A DNA stretch of 64,000 nt from Desulfatiglandales bacterium. Its GTDB lineage: Bacteria; Desulfobacterota; DSM-4660; Desulfatiglandales; Desulfatiglandaceae. Shown piece by piece: positions 33,468 to 42,031 of the stretch (the stretch's first letter is position 1; each line of letters starts with the position of its first letter). Under the pieces are notes generated by a model. It was not told where the DNA came from, made no database searches, and saw only the letters and a list, made by a program, of their open reading frames with translations. The stretch covers positions 896,001 through 960,000 of the forward strand of contig OY762721.1 in assembly GCA_963666345.1 (NCBI GenBank), given 5' to 3'. The translations under genes and the position numbers were made by a program.

Positions 33468-34292
33468 TTATACACCCACCTTCACGGATCTGTTCATCTT
33501 CCCGGATATATAACCTTCAAGATCCACTGAGACATGGTCAAAACCTATCCCTTTTATCTTTTCACAGATAAGGCCCCTCTTATTTTTGTCCAGCAGGCAA
33601 CCTATTTCATTTCGCATTACCTCTATCCTGGCAACCGATCCGTGATGTCTGACCCTTGGTGCCGAGAAGCCCTGTTTTTCAAGAAATTCTTCCGCCTTAT
33701 CGATCATAACGAGCTTCTCTTCCGTGATAGGGCTTCCGTAAGGTATCCGGGTTGCGAGACAGGGTGAGGAAGGAAGCTCACTGGTAGTCAGATGCATCTG
33801 TCTCGATATCTCACGAATCTCCTGCTTGGTAAGACGCACATCCACCATGGGAGCTGCGACTCCCGCCTCTTGGGCCGCCCTGAATCCAGGTCTGTAATCG
33901 TTCAGGTCGTCATAGTTGGCGCCATGGGCCAAAGAATCTATCGCATTTTCATGCGCAATTTTCACAAGTATCCTGAAAAGGATTTTTTTACACTGAAAGC
34001 AGCGGTCTTCACCGTTTCTGAGGAATGCATCGACCTTCATCTCTCCCGGCTCGACGATGAGGTGCCTGATCCCGAGCTCTCCGCAAAAATCAGAAGCCCG
34101 CTTGATATCTCTTTTCCTGTGAATGATGGAGCCTGCCGTAACGGCCAGTATCCTTTTCCCAAGAACCTCACGCGCAACACTGAGGAGCAGCGTGCTGTCG
34201 ACTCCGCCTGAAAAGGCGATCAGCAGGGAATCCATCTCTTTTAGGCAAGATACCAGGGCATCTCTTTTTTTTTGCAATCCGTAAGATTCCAT
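33468..34292 (-). CDS. larE: LarE-family ATP-dependent sulfur insertase
   Basis: PP-loop AFSGGVDS, RCFQCK, DYRPG, SPCLATRIPYG, RVRHHG, DLEGY.SGKMN. Confidence 0.92.
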   Translation of the reverse strand: MESYGLQKKRDALVSCLKEMDSLLIAFSGGVDSTLLLSVAREVLGKRILAVTAGSIIHRKRDIKRASDFCGELGIRHLIVEPGEMKVDAFLRNGEDRCFQCKKILFRILVKIAHENAIDSLAHGANYDDLNDYRPGFRAAQEAGVAAPMVDVRLTKQEIREISRQMHLTTSELPSSPCLATRIPYGSPITEEKLVMIDKAEEFLEKQGFSAPRVRHHGSVARIEVMRNEIGCLLDKNKRGLICEKIKGIGFDHVSVDLEGYISGKMNRSVKVGV

Positions 34293-34469
34293 ATACCTTC
34301 ATTTATCAATTTACCGAGTTAACTATCAAGGGATAAGACAATTTACAATCTATTTCTTTTCCGGGATATCCGCCCGGACATCTAACCAAGGCGGCCTTCG
34401 GTCCGGTTTGTCGATAATGGAGCCCGGGCAATGAATCCAGACGCATGCCCCGGTTTTTCCGTGATAGCA

Positions 34470-34510
34470 GCATAAAAAAAGGCGGGCATTTCTGCCCACC
34501 TTTTTTATGC
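34470..34510. terminator. Intrinsic terminator after the DUF5320 genes
   Basis: gcataaaaaaaggcgggca-tttc-tgcccacc-T-tract-atgc. Confidence 0.75.
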
Positions 34511-34567
34511 TGCGGCCCTTTATCCGGACATGTTAATGATGTCCGGCGACCTTCCGCCTGGATATCC

Positions 34568-34927
34568 CTATTCCTTGGTCTCTTTTTCAAGTTCCTCCAT
34601 GCGCATGTTTATCTCATCAAGGGCGCGCTTCATGGATTCGGCCTCGTTTTTGAGCATTTCCAGTTCACCGGCCCTGTCCATGTTATAGTTTGCGCCCATA
34701 GGGTAATCGGCGCCATAGGGGTAAGCGCCTCTCCAGCCGAAACCTCTTCCCAACCCTCTGCCACGGCCGGGGCCTCTTCCATAACCCCAGCCACGACCGA
34801 AACCTCTTCCGTAGCCAGCGCCATATCCGTATCCGGGGGCATAACCCCCAGCAGGGTTGCAGAACCCCCTGGCTCCTCCTGTCATTGGGCCTGCGCCCAT
34901 CGGACCTGTTCCGTCAAATCCAGGCAT
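34568..34927 (-). CDS. DUF5320-family Gly-rich protein with C-terminal coiled coil
   Basis: MPGFDGTGPMGAGPMTGGARGFC, GxG repeats, ELEMLKNEAESMKRALDEINMRMEELE. Confidence 0.85.
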   Translation of the reverse strand: MPGFDGTGPMGAGPMTGGARGFCNPAGGYAPGYGYGAGYGRGFGRGWGYGRGPGRGRGLGRGFGWRGAYPYGADYPMGANYNMDRAGELEMLKNEAESMKRALDEINMRMEELEKETKE

Positions 34928-34994
34928 AACAAATACCTCCTTTCATCTGATATCTTAAGCAAGGAATCACAAACAACCATTCCTTTCACATCTG

Positions 34995-35222
34995 TTAATA
35001 TCGTCTATTCCCGGAAGAACGCCTTGTTCCTAAGAGACGGCCGAAGAATCCTGATATTCCGCCTCTGCCTCTTCCGGACATGCCTCCGGCATTTCCTGCA
35101 CCCTGTCTGCCGGCGGGAACTCTGCCTGAGTTATTTACCCCTCGGCCGCCGCCGCATCTGCCGGCACCTCTTCCTGTCATTGGACCCTGACCTTCGGGTC
35201 CAGTACCATCAAATCCTGGCAT
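34995..35222 (-). CDS. DUF5320-family Gly/Arg-rich peptide (short form)
   Basis: MPGFDGTGPEGQGPMTGRGAGRC; AAAGGAGG RBS before ATG at 35222. Confidence 0.8.
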   Translation of the reverse strand: MPGFDGTGPEGQGPMTGRGAGRCGGGRGVNNSGRVPAGRQGAGNAGGMSGRGRGGISGFFGRLLGTRRSSGNRRY

Positions 35223-35260
35223 ATATAACACCTCCTTTTAACTGGAATACAAAATGTTCA

Positions 35261-35587
35261 TCACCAGCCACGACGTCTCCTTCCGCGCCCCCTGGGAGGC
35301 ATCTCGAAATTACCTCCTTCGATTCGCAACACCCTGCCCATAACCAGCGCCTCAGCGACCCTGGACCTGGCCAGGGTGAGAATCCTGCCGAAGGTTTGTC
35401 TGGAGACATTCATCCTCTCCGCTGCCCTCTCCTGATCAAGCCCTTCGAAATCACTCAATCTTATGGCCTCAAGCCCCTCAATTGAGAGGAACACCTCCTG
35501 CATTCCCCAGGGCGGCATCCTGTTTGGAACGAATCCATCCGCTACCGGATGTCCCTGCACGTATCTGGGTTTTATCGGTCTGGGCAT
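35261..35587 (-). CDS. DUF134-family predicted DNA-binding protein
   Basis: MPRPIKPR, LEAIRLSDFEGLDQERAAERMNVSRQTFGRIL, LRIEGG. Confidence 0.92.
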   Translation of the reverse strand: MPRPIKPRYVQGHPVADGFVPNRMPPWGMQEVFLSIEGLEAIRLSDFEGLDQERAAERMNVSRQTFGRILTLARSRVAEALVMGRVLRIEGGNFEMPPRGRGRRRRGW

Positions 35588-35600
35588 CTGGCCTCCGTTA

Positions 35601-35673
35601 TTATGATCATTTGCTCATAACATAATCATAAAACATAAAACTGTCAAGCATTATTATGGTCATATGCTCATTA
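35601..35673 (-). promoter_or_regulatory. Sigma-70 promoter flanked by two 20-bp palindromic operators
   Basis: Minus-strand TTGACA (35642-35647)-N17-TATGTT (35619-35624); palindromes ttatgatcatttgctcataa (35601-35620) and ttatggtcatatgctcatta (35654-35673). Confidence 0.75.
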
Positions 35674-35820
35674 TTTTGATGGGCACCGCTACCGGATACC
35701 CCATAAACACCTTTGTTTGCCGGCGCGCAGGCGCATGTTTTTTTTATTGAGGTATGGATTAGACAAGGGCCTGAGGGGGAGATCGGGGCAGGCAAAACAG
35801 GTTTAAGATCACGCCTTTTT

Positions 35821-37539
35821 CTATGTGGCAGGTTTTTCTTCAAACAAAGGTTCTTCAGATATGATACGCTCGTACACAGGTTCGAACCTGTTCCATATTT
35901 CCAGTCCGAGCCGGTTGTGGGTTCCCACGATCTCACGAAGTATCTTCTCATCAATAAGTGGATTTATAAGAACGGCCCTCAAGACGACTATCTCCTGCGG
36001 CCTGTACCTGGTAGACTCCAGGGTAGTCCTTGACACAAATGTGCTGTCATCCCTTCTTAGTTCCTTGTGAAGTTTGATATTAAGCCCGTTCACAAGGTGG
36101 TTCAGTTTTCTGAGTTTGTCCCTTATCTGCTTTTTCTCTTTTGTTGATTTTACCTTTTTCCTGCTTTTTTCCAGAAACAGAAGGTCTCTTCTGGCCTTTT
36201 CCGGTATGAAGCGATAGGTAAGGATAAACAGGTCGGGTTCATTCAAGGTTTCAAAGTTGCCGCATTTGTCAAGTATCCTCTTAAGGATGTTTGTCGACTC
36301 TTTTGCCCCCCTCAAGAGAAGTCCATATCCATCCCGTCCTATTATCTTGAGTGCGGCCCATGGTTTTAAAGCTGAAAAGGCCCGTGACCCTTCAACTGTA
36401 AAGCGGCCTGTATCCACGGAGTTTTTCCGTATGATATATTTGGAAGACTGTTTTATCAGTTTCAGGTCCTTTTCATTTCGAAAGAGCACTACCCCCATAC
36501 TCATGGGACAGTAGAGCAGTTTATGAGCATCGATTGTGGCCGAATCAGCCATCTCGATACCCTTGAAAAGAGGCCTGTACTCATCCACCAGCATGGCTGA
36601 ACCTCCCCAGCAGGCATCCACGTGAAAAGACGCCCCTACCTGTCGGCATACCTCTGAAATAGAAGCCAGATCGTCGATGTTGCCTGTCTCAGTGGTCCCG
36701 GCTATACCGGCGACGGCAATAACCCTCACCCCCTCCCGATCAAGTTCCAGGGCGCGCTTTTCAAGCTTGTGTATGTTAATTCGATTATCTCCGTTAACAG
36801 GTATTGCTATGACATTTTCTTCACCGATTCCGAGCATGCCGATTGATTTCTTTATTGAATAGTGAGCCCGAGCGGACACAAGCACGACACCCCTTGAACA
36901 ACCGTAATAATTGAGAGCGGTAGCCATCCCGGCCATACGAACGCCCGGGAAGGTTCCATCCTGGGGGAAGGCCTTTTCTCTCGCAACCAGCAGGGCGGTA
37001 AGATTCGCCAGTGTGCCGTCGGAAGTCACATTTCCGAGAGCTACCCTGGGATTCTGCATATTTTTTTCATAGAATTTTTCCGTTCTGCTGAATATAAGCC
37101 TGTGAAGCCAGGCTACCAGTTCCCTTTCCACAAAGCTCGACGCCTTGGCGGTTTCGATCTTTACCTGGTTCTGATTGAGGGCGGCGATTATCATTTCAAG
37201 AAGAATCATGAAGTATGGTATCGCACTCGTCATATGGCCTATGTAATAAGGGTTCCCCACCTTAACCGAGTGGCCTACTACCTTGGATTTTATTTCTGAA
37301 AGCACGTCCTTTATGAGATGGGGACCCACCGGAACAGACTTCTGATTAAAGATCTCACTCAGCTCCGGAAGGGTGATACTGCTGTGGATTCCACCTTTTT
37401 CCTGAAAAAAATCATGGATCATCTCAAGGAGTTCATTGCCGAATTCGACAAACTTATCAGCCGAATCAGGCATGATAAAAAGTTTCCTGAGATATTCGAT
37501 ATTGCTTTCGATCCTTTTTTCAGACGCATCCATGCTCAT
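35821..37539 (-). CDS. panP: Group II PLP-dependent decarboxylase, PanP-type aspartate 1-decarboxylase
   Basis: YIGHMTSAIPYF, LNQNQVKIET, GIAGTTETG, HVDACWGG, IDAHK, EGSR. Confidence 0.85.
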   Translation of the reverse strand: MSMDASEKRIESNIEYLRKLFIMPDSADKFVEFGNELLEMIHDFFQEKGGIHSSITLPELSEIFNQKSVPVGPHLIKDVLSEIKSKVVGHSVKVGNPYYIGHMTSAIPYFMILLEMIIAALNQNQVKIETAKASSFVERELVAWLHRLIFSRTEKFYEKNMQNPRVALGNVTSDGTLANLTALLVAREKAFPQDGTFPGVRMAGMATALNYYGCSRGVVLVSARAHYSIKKSIGMLGIGEENVIAIPVNGDNRINIHKLEKRALELDREGVRVIAVAGIAGTTETGNIDDLASISEVCRQVGASFHVDACWGGSAMLVDEYRPLFKGIEMADSATIDAHKLLYCPMSMGVVLFRNEKDLKLIKQSSKYIIRKNSVDTGRFTVEGSRAFSALKPWAALKIIGRDGYGLLLRGAKESTNILKRILDKCGNFETLNEPDLFILTYRFIPEKARRDLLFLEKSRKKVKSTKEKKQIRDKLRKLNHLVNGLNIKLHKELRRDDSTFVSRTTLESTRYRPQEIVVLRAVLINPLIDEKILREIVGTHNRLGLEIWNRFEPVYERIISEEPLFEEKPAT

Positions 37540-37650
37540 ACCCGAGGGTTCTTACAGTTTCTTAAAACACCGCCACACCACCCGGAGATCTTAACCGGGA
37601 AGTATCTCCAAAGCAGCCCTGCCTGCTATTTCATAGGATTATATCGAAGT

Positions 37651-38580
37651 TCAAAGGGAGAGCATTCTGTTTACCGCGGCCCTTGCCCTTATACTTATCT
37701 CTTCGGGGACCCTCACCTCAGGTTCCAGATTTTCAAGGGCCATAACGGTTTCTTTAAGACCGGTCTTTTTCATATCAGTGCATATCATCCTGGTGTCGGC
37801 CGGGATGAAAATCTTGCCCGGGTTTTCTTTTGAAAGTGGATGAAGGATGCCTGTCTCAGTGCCTACTATAAACTCCTTTGCCTTGGAATCTCTGGCAAAT
37901 GCAAGCATGCCTGAAGTACTTTTTATCTCATCGGCCATATGGAGCACTTCAGGCGGACACTCCGGGTGAGCCATAAAAACGGCACCGGGATGCTCCTTTT
38001 TTATCCTTTTCACCTGTTCCGGCGACAGGTTGTTATGTATGGGACAAAAACCGCTCCAATAGCTGATATCCCTGTCTGTCTTCATTTTTGTATACTGTGC
38101 CAGATTCTTATCAGGGGTCATGTAGATCCTCTTTCGAGATTCCACGGAGTTTGCAACTGCAACCGCATTGGCGGACGTGCAGCAGATATCGCTCTCCGCT
38201 TTCACAGAAGCGGTTGTATTCACGTAACTTATCACTACGGCATCAGGCATATCACGCCTTTTCTCAATCAACTCTTCGGCCGAGATCATGTTAGCCATGG
38301 GACAACCCGCGTCCGCAACAGGAAGGATGACCTTCTTGTCCGGGCATAGGATCGAGGCGGTTTCGGCCATAAAATGGACCCCGCAAAAAACAATTACCTC
38401 CGCGTCCGTCTGAGAGGCCTTGATCGACAACTCAAGTGAATCACCGCAAAGATCCGCGATGTCCTGAAGTTCCGGTCTCTGGTAATTGTGAACGAGAAGA
38501 ATCGCCTTTCTGGCGGCAAGCCTATCCCTTATCTCTTTTTGAAGCACTCTTATTTCTTTATTCTCACTGAATGTTATCAT
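37651..38580 (-). CDS. nadA: Quinolinate synthase
   Basis: HNYQ, GDSLELS, FCGVHFMAETA, GCPMA, AHPEC, CTDMK. Confidence 0.96.
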   Translation of the reverse strand: MITFSENKEIRVLQKEIRDRLAARKAILLVHNYQRPELQDIADLCGDSLELSIKASQTDAEVIVFCGVHFMAETASILCPDKKVILPVADAGCPMANMISAEELIEKRRDMPDAVVISYVNTTASVKAESDICCTSANAVAVANSVESRKRIYMTPDKNLAQYTKMKTDRDISYWSGFCPIHNNLSPEQVKRIKKEHPGAVFMAHPECPPEVLHMADEIKSTSGMLAFARDSKAKEFIVGTETGILHPLSKENPGKIFIPADTRMICTDMKKTGLKETVMALENLEPEVRVPEEISIRARAAVNRMLSL

Positions 38581-38799
38581 CTTTAGTCCTGAACCCTTCC
38601 GTATATTTTCCGGTGCCCGGCCTTGAGGCATAATTTTTGGATAAAAATTTCATATAGTTGATATTGAGCCTACAAGTCAAGGCATTAGGCCGAAATTAAT
38701 CGGATTTTCCCTATTGTAAGGATGTTTTTCAGTCCTCAAAAACCGCCGCTGAAATAAATATACCTGGCCCCGGGCCTTTCAAGAAGACAGCTTGGGCAG

Positions 38800-38832
38800 A
38801 AAAAAGGAGAGGCAACCGCCTCTCCTTTTTTT
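38800..38832. terminator. Intrinsic terminator at the end of the transporter/OFOR operon
   Basis: aaaaaaggagaggc-aacc-gcctctcc-T-tract. Confidence 0.85.
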
Positions 38833-38868
38833 GCCGGCAAAAGCCGTTTCTAACCAATCCCTTATGGT

Positions 38869-39849
38869 CTATTTCTTTTTGAGCTCCGAAAGTAGTCCTT
38901 TAAGGTATTTTTCCCTTTCCTGGAACATCTTTATTACCTGATCCCTTGTCATGGTCCTCTGCGGACTGCCGGTATTCTTCATCTGTTTTTTGACCTTTTT
39001 GTCCTCGAATATTTTCTGAAAAGCGGCAGCACACTTGTCGATTATATCCTGTGGCACACCCTTTGGAAAGGCAATGCCCCTGAAATTCACGCTTGAATCA
39101 TCAACGTCTATCCCTGCTTCCTTGAAGGTCTCTACATCAGGCAGGAATGAATGCCTTTCGAGATCCGCCACGCCCAGAATCTTTATGCGATCCTTGTTTC
39201 TGAAGGCATCTGAAAGGTTATTGAAACCGGCCTTTACTTTACCGGCGACCACAGACTGCATTGCAGGGGTACCGCCCTTTTCAGGGATATAGGTCATCTT
39301 GATCCCTGCTGCCTTTGAGAACTGCAGAAAGGCGATATGATGGCCCACGTACATTCCGGCCCCGTTTACGGTGACCTTTCCGGGGTTTGCCTTGGCATAC
39401 TTTACAACATCAACGATACTGTTGAAGGGACTGTCCGCAGGCACTATAAAAACCGCCGGATCCGCGCCCCAGTTGGCAACAGGCTCGAAGGTGTTGATAT
39501 CGTACTTGGTCTTGTAAACGATCGACTGGGCGATGAAATGGGGGACATTATATGCAGTCATGGTATAACCGTCTTTGGAACCCTTCTGAACTGTCCAGTT
39601 CCATCCGACCTGCCCGCCTGCCCCCGGCTTGTTGATAATGACGATAGGTTGCCCCAGATAATTTTCATCGGCCGCAACCATGGTTACGATCCTGGCCTGG
39701 AAATCGGTTGCACCTCCCGGTGAATATGCCACCACCATGCTTATGGGCTTATCAGGATACTCGGCCTGTACAGCCGAAGTCAGACCGAAAACAACTAATC
39801 CGATAATCAAAAAGACCTTTAAAAAAAATCCCAATTTGTCAGCTTTCAT
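38869..39849 (-). CDS. tctC: Tripartite tricarboxylate transporter substrate-binding protein (TctC/Bug)
   Basis: Signal peptide, YPDKPI, PGGATD, NKPGAGG, DGYT. Confidence 0.92.
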   Translation of the reverse strand: MKADKLGFFLKVFLIIGLVVFGLTSAVQAEYPDKPISMVVAYSPGGATDFQARIVTMVAADENYLGQPIVIINKPGAGGQVGWNWTVQKGSKDGYTMTAYNVPHFIAQSIVYKTKYDINTFEPVANWGADPAVFIVPADSPFNSIVDVVKYAKANPGKVTVNGAGMYVGHHIAFLQFSKAAGIKMTYIPEKGGTPAMQSVVAGKVKAGFNNLSDAFRNKDRIKILGVADLERHSFLPDVETFKEAGIDVDDSSVNFRGIAFPKGVPQDIIDKCAAAFQKIFEDKKVKKQMKNTGSPQRTMTRDQVIKMFQEREKYLKGLLSELKKK

Positions 39850-39931
39850 TTTCCCCTCCTTGATTTAATGGATAATTCCTGAACATTTGCCAATTACATC
39901 AGATTTCGTTTTATTAAGTCCGCCGAGCCCT

Positions 39932-40420
39932 CTAGATAAAAAGCCCCTGCGGTGTCTGAACGAGCAAAATCTTGCTGAAAAGCACATACAATACAGCCAT
40001 GAAAACAAAGGCGATTCCGACTCGAACAGCACCCTTTTTAAGACCCAGATCCTTTCTCCCAAGCGTGAAAGTTACCGCAATCATAAAGAGAAAAGCGGAG
40101 AAATAGAACCCGATTATTTCCATCACCCAGAAATAGACAATCACGAGGATAAAGGTGAATATCACTTTCACCCAGGGATAGGACATCGCGGAAGCCCTGT
40201 TTTTTTTGTCTTCAACGCTTGAGCCCTGAAGGGTCGCCCTGGCGCTTCCGCCCCTCAGAAGAAGTGACTGCATTAACAGGGCCAGGGAAAGCCCCGCCAT
40301 TATAATGATAAGAACCCTGGGAAAAGTCGCGGCCCTGGGATCATCGAAAAACGACAGAGACCAGTAAAGAGCGGCGCTTCCGGCAAGCACAATCAGAGAT
40401 ATAATTATATCGCGTTTCAA
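39932..40420 (-). CDS. tctB: Tripartite tricarboxylate transporter small subunit TctB
   Basis: Four TM segments, FPR and GF motifs, C-terminal PQG; inferred TTG start overlaps the tctA stop. Confidence 0.85.
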   Translation of the reverse strand: MKRDIIISLIVLAGSAALYWSLSFFDDPRAATFPRVLIIIMAGLSLALLMQSLLLRGGSARATLQGSSVEDKKNRASAMSYPWVKVIFTFILVIVYFWVMEIIGFYFSAFLFMIAVTFTLGRKDLGLKKGAVRVGIAFVFMAVLYVLFSKILLVQTPQGLFI

Positions 40421-41925
40421 ACCATTTTCTCCTTTGCCTTCCTGTATGACCTTATTTCTCCGTAGATGCTGTATCCTATCGAGGCGGCGCACAGCACGAT
40501 TATAACGACATTCATGGTGCCGGTGAAAAAATATGAAAATGCGCCCACATCGGTATCGGCAATCAGTTTACCCTTAAGGAAATTATCTTCGGCAATCGGA
40601 CCGAGTATGATTCCCAGCACAACCGGCGCCGCTGAAAAACCGAACTTGTTTCCGATATACATCAGTGTCCCCAGGCTGAACATGACTATAACGTCATCAA
40701 AGCTGTTCTGAACACTGTAGGTCCCGTAGACGGCAAGGACCGTAACCGCAGCGATCATATAGAGATTCGGAACGCTCATTACCATGTAGGAGTACCTTGA
40801 AAGAATAATCCCGAAAACGCACATGGCGACCTGAGCCAGTATAAGGCTGCCGATAAAGGTGTAGGTAACATCCGCGTTATTTATAAACAGATCAGGTCCG
40901 GGAAAAAGCCCATGGATGAGAAGCCCTCCCAACAGAACGGCCGCGGTAGGACTTCCAGGTATGCTCAGGGTAAGAAGGGGTATAAGAGAGGGGCCTACCA
41001 TCGCATTATTGGCCGACTCCGCCGCTGCAACCCCTTCCGGGTTTCCTTTGCCGAAAGATTCCGGCTTCTTTGAAAATTTCCTGTTCTGATCATAGGCGAT
41101 CAGACCTGAAACCTGACCGCCCGCGCCCGGGATGATACCGATTATAGAGCCCGTTACAGAACCTATACCGAGGGCTTTTACCATCTTGATATTCTGTATT
41201 AAGGTCTTTAAAAGTATACCCTTTTCAGGCTTGTAATTCGGCCTCTCAATTTGCACGTCCAGTTTTTCCGACAGGGAAAACACCTGGGGAATAGCAAAAA
41301 GCCCTATAAGTGCGGGCACGATCGCCACCCCTCCGGTAAGCACATCATGAAAGACAAAACGGGGGACCCCCAGCATCATGCTGTAGCCTATCGTACTGAT
41401 CAAAAGCCCGAACATTCCCCCGATGAGCCCCTTGGCAATCGATCCTGAAGCAAGCCCCGCCATTACCGTGACACCGAAGATGGCTATCCAGAACATCTCG
41501 GAAGGACCAAACTTGAGTGCTATCTTGGCCAGGGGCGGGGTAAAGAGCACCATCACGAGCATGCCGAAAAGCCCGCCTATCAGGGAACTTATAAAGCATA
41601 TGTAAAGGGCTGTCTGGGACTTGCCCTGCAGGGCCATTGGATGGCCGTCCAGCAGGGTTGCGATATTTGCCGGCGCCCCGGGGATATTTATGAGAATAGC
41701 CGAGATCGCCCCACCCGCCACTGTTGCCGTGTATACGGCACCCAGCAGGATAAGACCCGTCGCCGGCTGCATGTGAAAGGTGAAGGGTACCAGGAGAGCC
41801 ACAGCCATGGTGGGACTCAGGCCGGGCGTGGCTCCGAGGATCAGTCCTCCGATCACACCCATGATAAGGGTTATAAGATTGGTTAAGGTAAGTGCCTCGG
41901 GAAAATACTGTATAAGTTCTGCCAT
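40417..41925 (-). CDS. tctA: Tripartite tricarboxylate transporter large subunit TctA
   Basis: GATPGLS, NIPGAPA, GIIPGAGG, AAESANNA, LLTLSIPGS. Confidence 0.95.
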   Translation of the reverse strand: MAELIQYFPEALTLTNLITLIMGVIGGLILGATPGLSPTMAVALLVPFTFHMQPATGLILLGAVYTATVAGGAISAILINIPGAPANIATLLDGHPMALQGKSQTALYICFISSLIGGLFGMLVMVLFTPPLAKIALKFGPSEMFWIAIFGVTVMAGLASGSIAKGLIGGMFGLLISTIGYSMMLGVPRFVFHDVLTGGVAIVPALIGLFAIPQVFSLSEKLDVQIERPNYKPEKGILLKTLIQNIKMVKALGIGSVTGSIIGIIPGAGGQVSGLIAYDQNRKFSKKPESFGKGNPEGVAAAESANNAMVGPSLIPLLTLSIPGSPTAAVLLGGLLIHGLFPGPDLFINNADVTYTFIGSLILAQVAMCVFGIILSRYSYMVMSVPNLYMIAAVTVLAVYGTYSVQNSFDDVIVMFSLGTLMYIGNKFGFSAAPVVLGIILGPIAEDNFLKGKLIADTDVGAFSYFFTGTMNVVIIVLCAASIGYSIYGEIRSYRKAKEKMV

Positions 41926-42031
41926 AAAACAACTCTCATCCTGGATACTATGTTATGAGTTAAAATCATGATACAGCAGTCAGTGCGTCAAGGGTTGCGA
42001 CAATAATGCCTTAGGGCCGAATGTCACGGTA

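Noticed and set aside
32761..33513. 250-aa plus-strand ORF
   Set aside because: Antisense shadow of ycaO
34445..35485. 346-aa plus-strand ORF
   Set aside because: Antisense shadow of the Gly-rich DUF5320 and DUF134 genes, which have RBSs and family motifs; no recognisable domain
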